64,000 nt of DNA from Candidatus Aminicenantes bacterium (GTDB lineage Bacteria; Acidobacteriota; Aminicenantia; UBA2199): positions 1,363-65,362 of the forward strand of contig JAOZUQ010000005.1 in NCBI GenBank assembly GCA_029938635.1, in the 5' to 3' direction. Shown in pieces: positions 1 to 8,385 of the stretch (its first letter is position 1; each line of letters starts with the position of its first letter). The notes under the pieces were generated by a model, which saw only the letters and a list, made by a program, of their open reading frames with translations, did no database searches and was not told the DNA's origin. The position numbers were made by a program, and so were the translations under genes.

Positions 1-1907
1 TTGTTTCCATTATCATTCCATCGCACATCAATTTCCCTGAAGCCTACTGTCCAGGTATGGTAAGCAATATCATTACCACTCTGGGATCCGTAACGTGCAA
101 GTGAAAGTTTAACTACATTTTTTCCATTTCCGCTTATATCATAAGTTAGTGAAAACCTTGGAGAAATAACTTCAAATCCTTCCTCAACTTTATATTCAGG
201 AGCAGTCAGAGGACCCAGATAATCTGTAAAGATCGGAACCCCCTCAAACGTTAATGCAGGGGAAGTTGCTTCATTATGAGATCCGGATTCCTTATCATAT
301 CTAATTCCCACATTGGCGGTCAATTTACCGAATGTCATCGTATCTGAAAGGTAAAATGATACTCTTGTAAATCCAAGATCAAGTATTCCATCAGCTCCCC
401 ACCAGATCTCTTTGTAATCATCAGGATTCGTCTGATCATCAATATAAAGCCTTCTTTGATTTGCATATAATGTCTGTGATGTTGTCTGCGCCGTATAATA
501 GTCGACTCCGAAACGGATCTCATGATCACCGCCCATCAAAGCTTCTGCAAAGTAATTGCCGTTTAAAGACATGTTCATGGTATTTCTATTCGTACCATAA
601 TAGTACATACTTCCCCATCCATATCTTGCGGGATAATAACTGATAAAGGCATCGTTTCCCTCAAGGTGCCCTGTAGAAGGATTTACATCTCCCCCTTTGG
701 GGTCCAGAGCAAATCCACCATCAGTATATGCAAACTTTGCACCTAACATCAGATTACCCATAATATGCTGGATAGAACCCAAATAGACTGCCCCGGGGCC
801 TATTTGATCCCAGGTAGAATCAACATCCTGACTCGCCGCTCCATATCTTGATCTTCCCCATTTGTTTTTATTATCACTGGAATATTGAAAATCCGCTGAT
901 GTATTCCCGAGCTGGAAGTTTAACTTCGCATATGCCCCAACCAGCCATGTTGCATCTTCAGTCTGAGCAATTGTTCTGGAATGGATATCCTGAACTGCAT
1001 AGGAACCGAAGAACCAGATCTTATCCTTGATGATCGGGCCACCGAAATTGACTCCATACTGGTATAATCTGTAAATACCGGGAGATTCCAATCCGGCATC
1101 AATCATTTCCTGAGGCAGGGTCTGGCTCATTTCCCACCTCTCATCTTCAACATATAAGTGGAAGTCACCTGAATAAAGGTTTCCTCCACGTTTTGTAACA
1201 AAGTTCAACTGGGTTCCACCAGTCTGGGCTGTAATATCATTCGATCCGAGTGTTACCTGGAGTTCCTCATAAGAGTTAATATTGAGGTATCCGGGGGCAG
1301 CTCCGATAGCGGACGGGTCTGTAATGTTGGCCCCATTAACGTTCCATGTCACATCAGTATCATCGGTTCCATTTCCATAAAAAGATGACTGCTGTCCGGA
1401 TTCGTTACCACCGACATCTTCTCTGTCCACCATCATACCGGGGACCAGATTAAGAACTGACCACGGATTTCTTGCTGTCGGAAGGGATTGGATCATCTCT
1501 TTCGAAATGTTAACTCCTACTGTTGTCTTCCTGGTATCAATAACAGATGCTACACCTTTAACCTCAATAATCTCCTTCAATTTGGTCGTTTCCATCTGTA
1601 CGTTGAATGTCTTATCCTTACCGACAAATAATCTAACCCCTTTCTGAATAACAATTTTGAAACCTTCCAATTCAAACTTCAATTCAACAGTTCCTGGCGG
1701 AATGTGAAGAAATCTGAAGTTTCCTGCTTCGGATGTAACTGTAACTTTCTTACCGATAACGTCACCGGTCAGTGTTACGGCTACTCCGGGGATTGCTGAT
1801 CCATCAGGCAATACTACGGTTCCGTAGATGTCTGATGTTGAGCTCTGTGCGAATGACAGCCCGGTAAGGACTGCTATTGCTACGAGCAATGTGAATAGCT
1901 TTTTCAT
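1..1907 (-). CDS. TonB-dependent receptor-like (Oar-type) outer-membrane protein with N-terminal carboxypeptidase-regulatory-like domain; 3' end runs off window
   Basis: Absent from ORF track (no stop in window). Manual translation from ATG 1907 (SD AAGGAGG): MKKLFTLLVAIAVLTGLSFAQSSTSDIYGTVVLPDGSAIPGVAVTLTG...GNFRFLHIPPG...LPTARNPWSVLNLVPG...GGTQLNFVTKRGGN...GVNFGGPIIKDKIWFFGSY; in frame to the left edge (..RWNDNGN). Confidence 0.9.
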   Translation of the reverse strand, partial: MKKLFTLLVAIAVLTGLSFAQSSTSDIYGTVVLPDGSAIPGVAVTLTGDVIGKKVTVTSEAGNFRFLHIPPGTVELKFELEGFKIVIQKGVRLFVGKDKTFNVQMETTKLKEIIEVKGVASVIDTRKTTVGVNISKEMIQSLPTARNPWSVLNLVPGMMVDREDVGGNESGQQSSFYGNGTDDTDVTWNVNGANITDPSAIGAAPGYLNINSYEELQVTLGSNDITAQTGGTQLNFVTKRGGNLYSGDFHLYVEDERWEMSQTLPQEMIDAGLESPGIYRLYQYGVNFGGPIIKDKIWFFGSYAVQDIHSRTIAQTEDATWLVGAYAKLNFQLGNTSADFQYSSDNKNKWGRSRYGAASQDVDSTWDQIGPGAVYLGSIQHIMGNLMLGAKFAYTDGGFALDPKGGDVNPSTGHLEGNDAFISYYPARYGWGSMYYYGTNRNTMNMSLNGNYFAEALMGGDHEIRFGVDYYTAQTTSQTLYANQRRLYIDDQTNPDDYKEIWWGADGILDLGFTRVSFYLSDTMTFGKLTANVGIRYDKESGSHNEATSPALTFEGVPIFTDYLGPLTAPEYKVEEGFEVISPRFSLTYDISGNGKNVVKLSLARYGSQSGNDIAYHTWTVGFREIDVRWNDNGN

Positions 1908-2017
1908 TTAAGCCTCCTTGTTTTGATCAGAAAAATTATTTTCCGTCACACAATACATTCAGTTTCCTTTCCAAAGCCGGAATATTCACACACAAAACTT
2001 ACCGGATTGCAATAATC

Positions 2018-2047
2018 AGGGACAAACATACTGATATGAGGGACAAA
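2018..2047. promoter_or_regulatory. Perfect 9-bp direct repeat AGGGACAAA with 12-bp spacer; candidate LytTR operator
   Basis: AGGGACAAA at 2018-2026 and 2039-2047 (21-bp period), the spacing typical of LytTR sites; lies between LytTR genes and the TonB receptor start. Confidence 0.55.
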
Positions 2048-2157
2048 GCACATATTATGTTTCGTTAAATTGGAGATTATTAGAAATTTACGTGGAGAAT
2101 ACAAATTTTTGGATTATAAAACTCAAAAATATGAATGGAAGAACAATTACCGGATTA

Positions 2158-2505
2158 TTAAAGCGATGAGATGTAAAAATTTTTCAGCAATTGTTCCAAA
2201 TCTTCCGGGCCACGGATCCTTCTACTTTCCTTTATTTGGAATTTTCTTATCTTCTCATTCAGTGTTGTGGGTTTCAGCCCCAGGACAAAAGAGGCGACCC
2301 TTTGATTGCCGCCGGAAATGTTTAAAGCCCTGCTAATCATTTCCTTTTCAAATTCCTTCATGAAACTTTTAAGAGGTACATTACAATTCGTACAATTACG
2401 AAGAAGGAATTTTTTCACAAGCTCATCCCGCAAATTTCCGATCTCTGCTTTCAAGTTGGCCGATTCTATTTCTTTAGCTGAATTTTTTCCGTCTTTCATA
2501 TTCAA
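2158..2505 (-). CDS. Stand-alone Fis-type (HTH_8) helix-turn-helix protein, copy 1
   Basis: EKEMISRALNISGGNQRVASFVLGLKPTTLNEKIRKF resembles the Fis/NtrC C-terminal HTH; no AAA+ or receiver domain. Start is TTG 2505 or ATG 2499. Confidence 0.8.
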   Translation of the reverse strand: MNMKDGKNSAKEIESANLKAEIGNLRDELVKKFLLRNCTNCNVPLKSFMKEFEKEMISRALNISGGNQRVASFVLGLKPTTLNEKIRKFQIKESRRIRGPEDLEQLLKNFYISSL

Positions 2506-2843
2506 ACCTTTATCTCCCTGACAATCCTTTCTCTATACCTTCTACCCCAGGCCAGGATCTCCTTGTTTTTCAGAACAATTATATAATCATTACTTCCTGA
2601 ACTTTTCATCTCTTCTATCCTGTCGATATTAACGATAGTAGACCTGTTAACCCTCATAAATCTTTCTGTCCCGAGTTTTTTTTCAAGATAACTGAGTGTA
2701 TTTCTTACAATAAAATTTTTTTCGCCACAAATGATCCTTGAATAATTTCTCTCTGATCTGATCAGGCAAATATCATCCTTTAATACAAAATAGTAATTTC
2801 TACCCCTTTTTACCATGATCTTATTTCCATTTGAAAAATTCAT
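2502..2843 (-). CDS. Stand-alone LytTR DNA-binding domain protein, copy 1
   Basis: IRSERNYSRI...TLSYLEKKL...FMRVNRSTIVNIDRIEEM...GRRY matches LytTR; no receiver domain. Confidence 0.88.
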   Translation of the reverse strand: MNFSNGNKIMVKRGRNYYFVLKDDICLIRSERNYSRIICGEKNFIVRNTLSYLEKKLGTERFMRVNRSTIVNIDRIEEMKSSGSNDYIIVLKNKEILAWGRRYRERIVREIKV

Positions 2844-3023
2844 GATATTTTGGGTTTTATGAAATCAAAAAAAGCCTCATGCAATCCGACTTTTCTTCGA
2901 GCTGAGTTTGGATATCTCCTTCCCATTTTATACTCTCTGAATATTAATACGGATTAAGGACAACTTTTATCACAAAAAAAATAAATTCAACTTCTATTCC
3001 ATATTAAAAGATAGTAAAAAAAA

Positions 3024-3359
3024 CTAAAGAAGAGATATGTTTATTTCATCAATAAGGTATTTGAGGTCTCTCCTTCCCCTGATCTTTTTTATTCTGTTCA
3101 GATCGAATTTTTTTATTTTTTCATTCAGTGTCGTCGGTTTAATTCCGAGGATAAATGAAGCTACCCTCTGGTTCCCTCCGGCTACTTTTAAAGCTTTACT
3201 TATCATATCTTTCTCAATCTCATCGATAAAATTCTTTAACGGCACATTCTTTTTAGTACAATTATTCAATATATAACTCCTGATAAGTGTATCTCTCGGG
3301 CTGTCAACATCTTTACTTCTAATTCCAATTACTTCTTTAATACTTGAATTTTCTTTCAT
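3024..3359 (-). CDS. Stand-alone Fis-type (HTH_8) protein, copy 2
   Basis: EKDMISKALKVAGGNQRVASFILGIKPTTLNEKIKKF; paralog of 2158-2505 (shared NCT..NVPLK and ISxL end). Confidence 0.8.
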   Translation of the reverse strand: MKENSSIKEVIGIRSKDVDSPRDTLIRSYILNNCTKKNVPLKNFIDEIEKDMISKALKVAGGNQRVASFILGIKPTTLNEKIKKFDLNRIKKIRGRRDLKYLIDEINISLL

Positions 3360-3360
3360 T

Positions 3361-3687
3361 TCAGATCCTTGTTAACTTAACAAGTTTCTCCCGGTATTTT
3401 CTACCCCATTGAAGAACTTTATTATTGTTAAGAACTATTATGTAATTATGATTCTCAGCTGCTTTCATCTCATTTATCCTTTCAATATTTACAAGTGCCG
3501 ATCTGTTTACCCTTAAAAAGTTATCCGCACCCAGTTTTTCCTCCAGAAATCCCAGAGATCTTTTTACGAGATAAGTCCGATCCTCACAATATATTCGGGA
3601 ATAATTTCTTTCAGACTCAATGAAATTAATGTCATTTTTATTTATAAAGTGATAATTACGTCCTATCTTTATCAATATTTTTTCCAT
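3361..3687 (-). CDS. Stand-alone LytTR DNA-binding domain protein, copy 2
   Basis: IESERNYSRI...FLRVNRSALVNIERINEM...WGRKY; SD AGGAGG upstream; paralog of 2502-2843. Confidence 0.88.
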   Translation of the reverse strand: MEKILIKIGRNYHFINKNDINFIESERNYSRIYCEDRTYLVKRSLGFLEEKLGADNFLRVNRSALVNIERINEMKAAENHNYIIVLNNNKVLQWGRKYREKLVKLTRI

Positions 3688-3940
3688 ATTCGATCTACCT
3701 CCTGTTCCCTCATATGATTCCCTTCATTCAAATTCATACTCATTTATACGTAAGTAATGCTCATTTTTCATGTGAAAATGGTCAGTTTATTCAAAACATT
3801 ACCTTTTTCACAATTTTATATGGATTTATTTTCGGATTCTTGAACTTATTTTTGCAGAAATTCAAATCTTAAAAAGAGAAAGATACGGTTGATAATAAAA
3901 ATATATAGTTTTATACTCGGTTTCAAATAATGGAGACAAA

Positions 3941-5443
3941 ATGAAAAAATATATAATAATTTCAACAATAATGTTGCTTCTGATTACTGGAACGATCTAT
4001 TCGGCAGATGATATTTATCTAAAAATACCTGTAAGGATCTACAAGGGAAGTGAATACTTGAAAGGGTTGTCTAAGGAAGATTTCACATTGAAGATAAATG
4101 GCAAAGTCAGAACAGTCGAAGAACTCCTGACAGGCGAAAGGTCAATTAACGATATTTCAGAAAGGCGAAATTTTATACTTCAATTTAACCTGACCGATTA
4201 TGGTAAGAATATAACAAAGGGAATTGAATTCTTTATCAATGAAGTTCTAAGGCTGAAGGATAATCTTATCATCTGGTCCCCTGTCAAGGTTTACAGGATG
4301 AGAACAGATAAGTCAAAAAAGGATATCATTTTAGATATTGAGAAGATCGTAAAGGAAGATTCATTTAAGTACAAAAGGGCGAAAGAATCAGCAAGGGAAC
4401 AATTGTTCAGCATTGTTCAAAAATTCATTGATTTTATTCCCAATGTGAAGGACTCGAACCCGTTCTTATCAAATACTTTTAGATTTCTTAACTTCTACAG
4501 CAGTGAATGGCTGAACTTCAAATCAAAATTTCTCATCCCGGATGTAGAAAAATATTATGGAGTGTTTGCTCTCCTCTCTCAAAAATATCCGGGAGAAAAA
4601 TATTTTATCAATTTCCAACAGAGGGAGGTAATTCCTTCATTAAAGAAATATAATTCTGCAAAGCAAAATATATATGATTATATTTCAAGGTGGATGGGAA
4701 CTTCAGAATCTTCATCATTTTCATCAATATCAAGCAAAATAAACAGAATAGATAAATCAATGCTTCTTTCCTATAATTTTGACACAGAAAAACTTATATC
4801 ACCTTTTAAAGGTGCAAATATAAGCTATAACCTTATCCTGTTTAACTCATTCAGGCAGAGTGGTGAAGAAGCTGACTCTGTCTCTCCCGATCTTGATGGT
4901 ATTCTTAGGGATATTTCCAGATCAACAGGCGGAGTAAGTATCAAAACCAACGATTTTGAAAAAGGGATAGATTCAATATTAAAGAAATCTGACAATTATT
5001 ATTTTATTGTCTATAAATTTAATGGAAAAAAGGGAGAAAAGAAAATAGAAATTGAGATAAATGATAAAAAAACAAAATTGTTTTATAAGAAAAATTTCAT
5101 CCCGGAGGAAATTAACCTTCTTATCAAGCTTGCATCCGAACCAAAAATCACCATCTCAGAAGTAAAAATTAAAAGCCATGATCTTTCTTTCTCTATTTCG
5201 GGTTTCTCAAGAACTGGGAAGGGAAAAAAGACAGGAATTATGAAAATAGAAATAAAGTTGATCGACAAGGACAGAAATCCTGTAATGAATAAGGACAACA
5301 CATTGAGAGCTGAGAAAGATTCTATTAAAATATCTCTTAAAGTCTCTCGGGGATTGAAAGGATTTTTTAAACTTAAGATCACGGCAAAAGATATGAATGC
5401 CAATAAAACAGCAAATTTCTCAAAATATATTGAGCTTAAATAA
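3941..5443 (+). CDS. Exported protein, VWA-related (Acidobacterial VWFA-like) architecture
   Basis: Signal peptide; YLKGLSKEDFTLKINGK near N-terminus and LRDISRSTGG...NYYFIVY later, typical of VWFA-related proteins. Confidence 0.55.
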   Translation: MKKYIIISTIMLLLITGTIYSADDIYLKIPVRIYKGSEYLKGLSKEDFTLKINGKVRTVEELLTGERSINDISERRNFILQFNLTDYGKNITKGIEFFINEVLRLKDNLIIWSPVKVYRMRTDKSKKDIILDIEKIVKEDSFKYKRAKESAREQLFSIVQKFIDFIPNVKDSNPFLSNTFRFLNFYSSEWLNFKSKFLIPDVEKYYGVFALLSQKYPGEKYFINFQQREVIPSLKKYNSAKQNIYDYISRWMGTSESSSFSSISSKINRIDKSMLLSYNFDTEKLISPFKGANISYNLILFNSFRQSGEEADSVSPDLDGILRDISRSTGGVSIKTNDFEKGIDSILKKSDNYYFIVYKFNGKKGEKKIEIEINDKKTKLFYKKNFIPEEINLLIKLASEPKITISEVKIKSHDLSFSISGFSRTGKGKKTGIMKIEIKLIDKDRNPVMNKDNTLRAEKDSIKISLKVSRGLKGFFKLKITAKDMNANKTANFSKYIELK

Positions 5444-5619
5444 GAGCCAATTGCAAAAATAGATTTTTTATGAAGTTTAGCGAAATTTTTCATGGCAAAG
5501 CATCTGAGTAAAAAAACCGGAAACGTAGCCTCAGTGCTACATTGAGGATTTTTTGTGAAGATGTGAAGTCATGGAGAATTGCAGCAAACTGCAATAGAAT
5601 GTATTTTTTCAATTGGCTC
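5444..5619. mobile_element. MITE-like non-autonomous element (176 bp)
   Basis: Perfect 10-bp terminal inverted repeats GAGCCAATTG/CAATTGGCTC that extend imperfectly inward; flanked by ATAA at 5440-5443 and 5620-5623. Confidence 0.75.
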
Positions 5620-5672
5620 ATAAGTTTGATTTTTTGAGATTCTGCTGATATAATTTTTAGAGTGGAGGAAAT

Positions 5673-6233
5673 ATGAGAAAACTATTCCTGATCTTTATTA
5701 TAATCACAATGCTCGCAACATTTCAGATGTCCGGAATGATTAATCAAAGCAAATTCTCAATAACAATCGGTGGCGGAATGAGAAACATATCTGAAGAAAT
5801 ATTTGAAACTGTTTATGGAACGAACAACATTGCTTACAGCATAGATTTCGCATATAAACTTGGCAAATCACTTGAAATGTTTGTTCACTCTGACTACCTT
5901 AAAGTTGAAGGTGAACTCAAATTTGACCCGAAAGCTACCACACTCACAATTATGCCTGCTGAAGCCGGGATCAGGATCCTCCTCGGGAAAAGTAAGTTTA
6001 AGCCCTATTTAGGTTTGGGTGCCGGATATTATATGCTGAAGGAAGAGAACTTCATCGGAAAGGTTGATGAAAGCAGTACCGGTTTTTTCGGAGAAGGGGG
6101 ATTCAGATTTTATTTCGGCAAACTCTTCATCGACCTTAAGTTAAAATATATTCAATTAAATTATGATGTTTCCGGAACTAAAGTAGACCTCGGGGGCCTC
6201 TCATACTTTGGTGGTATCGGAATAAGTTTCTGA
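5673..6233 (+). CDS. Outer-membrane beta-barrel protein (OmpA/OmpW-like)
   Basis: Signal peptide, FKPYLGLGAGYY strand, C-terminal GIGISF with terminal Phe. Confidence 0.8.
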   Translation: MRKLFLIFIIITMLATFQMSGMINQSKFSITIGGGMRNISEEIFETVYGTNNIAYSIDFAYKLGKSLEMFVHSDYLKVEGELKFDPKATTLTIMPAEAGIRILLGKSKFKPYLGLGAGYYMLKEENFIGKVDESSTGFFGEGGFRFYFGKLFIDLKLKYIQLNYDVSGTKVDLGGLSYFGGIGISF

Positions 6234-6302
6234 TCCGTTCAGATAGAAAAAGAATTATTTAGATATTATATATCACGAATGTTGTAAATTTGACCGGCTG
6301 GA

Positions 6303-6476
6303 TCAGAGAAAATTGATTATCCAGCTACCCGCAATTATTCCAATGCTCATATATAGGAAAAGTTTGATCCCCTCTTTCCTTATCATTGCCTTATCATCAT
6401 GCCTGATAAATGCAATTATAGTAGAAACGATGCCTGAAAAAACCAGCATCGAGATCAGATGGCTTTTAAAGATCAT
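6303..6476 (-). CDS. Small two-TM membrane protein (57 aa), below ORF-track cutoff
   Basis: MIFKSHLISMLVFSGIVSTIIAFIRHDDKAMIRKEGIKLFLYMSIGIIAGSWIINFL*; ATGA overlap with the stop of 6473-6874. Confidence 0.7.
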   Translation of the reverse strand: MIFKSHLISMLVFSGIVSTIIAFIRHDDKAMIRKEGIKLFLYMSIGIIAGSWIINFL

Positions 6477-6874
6477 TTTTCTCCCCCTTTCCTGGCAATA
6501 TCAAATGCATTTAGAGCTACCAGATAATTCAACAGGCCTGCTGATACCAGATAAGTAGTTCCGTAGTGGTATGTAACTGACTCGATATTCCCTTTTGCAA
6601 ATCCCAGCAGGTTTACTATAACATTAAACAATCCAAGGCCAAGATCACCAAGGAAACCGAGAATAAGAAGGGGATGAAATTGCTTTTGTACAACACCGTA
6701 ATTATTGGATGTCTCTGTATAAGGAAGAAAAAACTTACCTTCCATAATAATGCCCAGGATAACAAGAAGGAGAATCCCTGAAAAAAACACCAATGCTTTT
6801 GTATATTTTTTATGGATATAATGTCCTGAGCCCGGGATCAGCCAGGATAGCAAAAATATTAAGTAAGGTCTCAT
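6473..6874 (-). CDS. DUF6677-like membrane protein
   Basis: LSWLIPGSGH N-terminal motif and YGTTYLVSAGLLNYLVALNAFD C-terminal motif. Confidence 0.65.
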   Translation of the reverse strand: MRPYLIFLLSWLIPGSGHYIHKKYTKALVFFSGILLLVILGIIMEGKFFLPYTETSNNYGVVQKQFHPLLILGFLGDLGLGLFNVIVNLLGFAKGNIESVTYHYGTTYLVSAGLLNYLVALNAFDIARKGGEK

Positions 6875-6909
6875 TTGATTATTATACTAGATAAACAAAG
6901 TTCATTCAA
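6875..6909 (-). promoter_or_regulatory. Sigma70-type promoter, probably giving a leaderless transcript
   Basis: TTGAAT-17bp-TATAAT-6bp-ATG(6874); no SD. Confidence 0.6.
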
Positions 6910-6995
6910 TAATATCGAAGCAACTCATTTTTCAATTTACAGGGTTATATGATAAAATAGAATTTTAAACATATAACTGCCCCTTAGGAGAGAGT

Positions 6996-8375
6996 ATGGA
7001 GTTTAAGAAGAGGATATTATGTATCGGAGCCGGTTATGTTGGCGGCCCGACTATGGCTGTAATCGCACTGAAATGCCCCGAATATAGAATTGACGTTGTT
7101 GATATAAATCAGGACAGGATAAATGCCTGGAACTCAGATGATCTCCCGATCTTCGAGCCGGGACTATTTGAAATTGTAAAGGAAAGGAGAGGGAAGAACC
7201 TTTTCTTTTCAACAGATACAGAAGAAAATATTACTAAAGCTGATATAATTTTTGTATCTGTAAACACCCCGACCAAAACTTTTGGTGAGGGTGCCGGGAT
7301 GGCTTCAGATCTTCAATATTGGGAAGCTACAGCTCACCAGATCGTTAAGCATGCACAGAGTGACAAGATTATTGTTGAGAAAAGCACACTCCCGGTCAGA
7401 ACTGCTGAAGCTATGGAAAGAATTTTAAAAATGCATAGCGGGAATATAAAATTCGAAGTAGTTTCCAATCCGGAGTTCCTTGCAGAGGGGACTGCAATAA
7501 GCGATCTTCTTGAAGCTGACAGAGTATTAATCGGAGCTCATGATACTGAAGAGGGAAATAGAGCTTCTCAGGAGATTGCCGATATATACAGGCACTGGCT
7601 CCCTGAAGAAAAGATTATTACCACAAACTTATGGTCATCGGAACTTTCCAAACTGATTGCAAACGCATTCCTCGCACAGAGAATATCTTCGATCAATTCG
7701 ATCTCAGCACTCTGTGAAAAGACTGATGCCGATATTTCAGAGATTGCTCATGCTATTGGAAGTGATTCAAGGATCGGAAGCAAATTCCTTCAGACAAGTG
7801 TAGGGTTCGGTGGATCTTGTTTTAAAAAGGATATTCTTAATCTGGTTTATATCTCAAAGAGTTACGGGCTTTATGAAGTTGCAGATTACTGGGAATCTGT
7901 TGTAACCATGAATGAATATCAAAAATCAAGATTTGTCCGCAAGATCATAAAGGAGATGTTCAATACAGTTGCAGGTAAGAAGATTACATTGTTCGGTTTT
8001 GCATTTAAAGCCAATACAGGGGATACTAGGGAATCACCGGCAATAGATATAACAAAATCCCTTCTTGATGAAAATGTCAGGGTTACAATTCACGACCCTG
8101 AGGCAATCGAGAATGCAAAGATCGATCTGAAAGGAATTGAAAAAAACATAACATATGAAACTGATCCCTATAGAGCTGCTGCAAATTCAAATGCCATTAT
8201 TATTACAACAGAATGGGAACAGTTCAAAGATTTAGATTATTCAAAGATTTATGATTCAATGGAAAAACCTGCTTTTATATTCGACGGCAGGAATATTCTT
8301 GATCACCGGAAATTATTCAGTATCGGATTTAATGTTTATCCGATCGGGAAACAGCAATTGACTCACTTTTCATAA
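6996..8375 (+). CDS. ugd: UDP-glucose 6-dehydrogenase
   Basis: CIGAGYVGGPT Rossmann motif, EKSTLPV, SNPEFLAEG, GFGGSCFKKD with catalytic Cys. Confidence 0.95.
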   Translation: MEFKKRILCIGAGYVGGPTMAVIALKCPEYRIDVVDINQDRINAWNSDDLPIFEPGLFEIVKERRGKNLFFSTDTEENITKADIIFVSVNTPTKTFGEGAGMASDLQYWEATAHQIVKHAQSDKIIVEKSTLPVRTAEAMERILKMHSGNIKFEVVSNPEFLAEGTAISDLLEADRVLIGAHDTEEGNRASQEIADIYRHWLPEEKIITTNLWSSELSKLIANAFLAQRISSINSISALCEKTDADISEIAHAIGSDSRIGSKFLQTSVGFGGSCFKKDILNLVYISKSYGLYEVADYWESVVTMNEYQKSRFVRKIIKEMFNTVAGKKITLFGFAFKANTGDTRESPAIDITKSLLDENVRVTIHDPEAIENAKIDLKGIEKNITYETDPYRAAANSNAIIITTEWEQFKDLDYSKIYDSMEKPAFIFDGRNILDHRKLFSIGFNVYPIGKQQLTHFS

Positions 8376-8385
8376 CGGAGGAGAG

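Noticed and set aside
335..1102. Short ORF-track ORFs at 335-1102
   Set aside because: Shadow frames within the TonB receptor CDS (1-1907, minus).
2008..2024. Sigma54 -24/-12 promoter for the TonB receptor, prompted by the Fis-HTH genes
   Set aside because: Minus strand TGTCCCTGATTATTGC lacks the invariant GG at -24.
5083..5493. 136-aa minus ORF starting inside the MITE, as a possible transposase fragment
   Set aside because: Mostly antisense to 3941-5443; no DDE or HUH motif.
8376..8385. glmS ribozyme
   Set aside because: glmS follows ugd after only 10 bp; no room.
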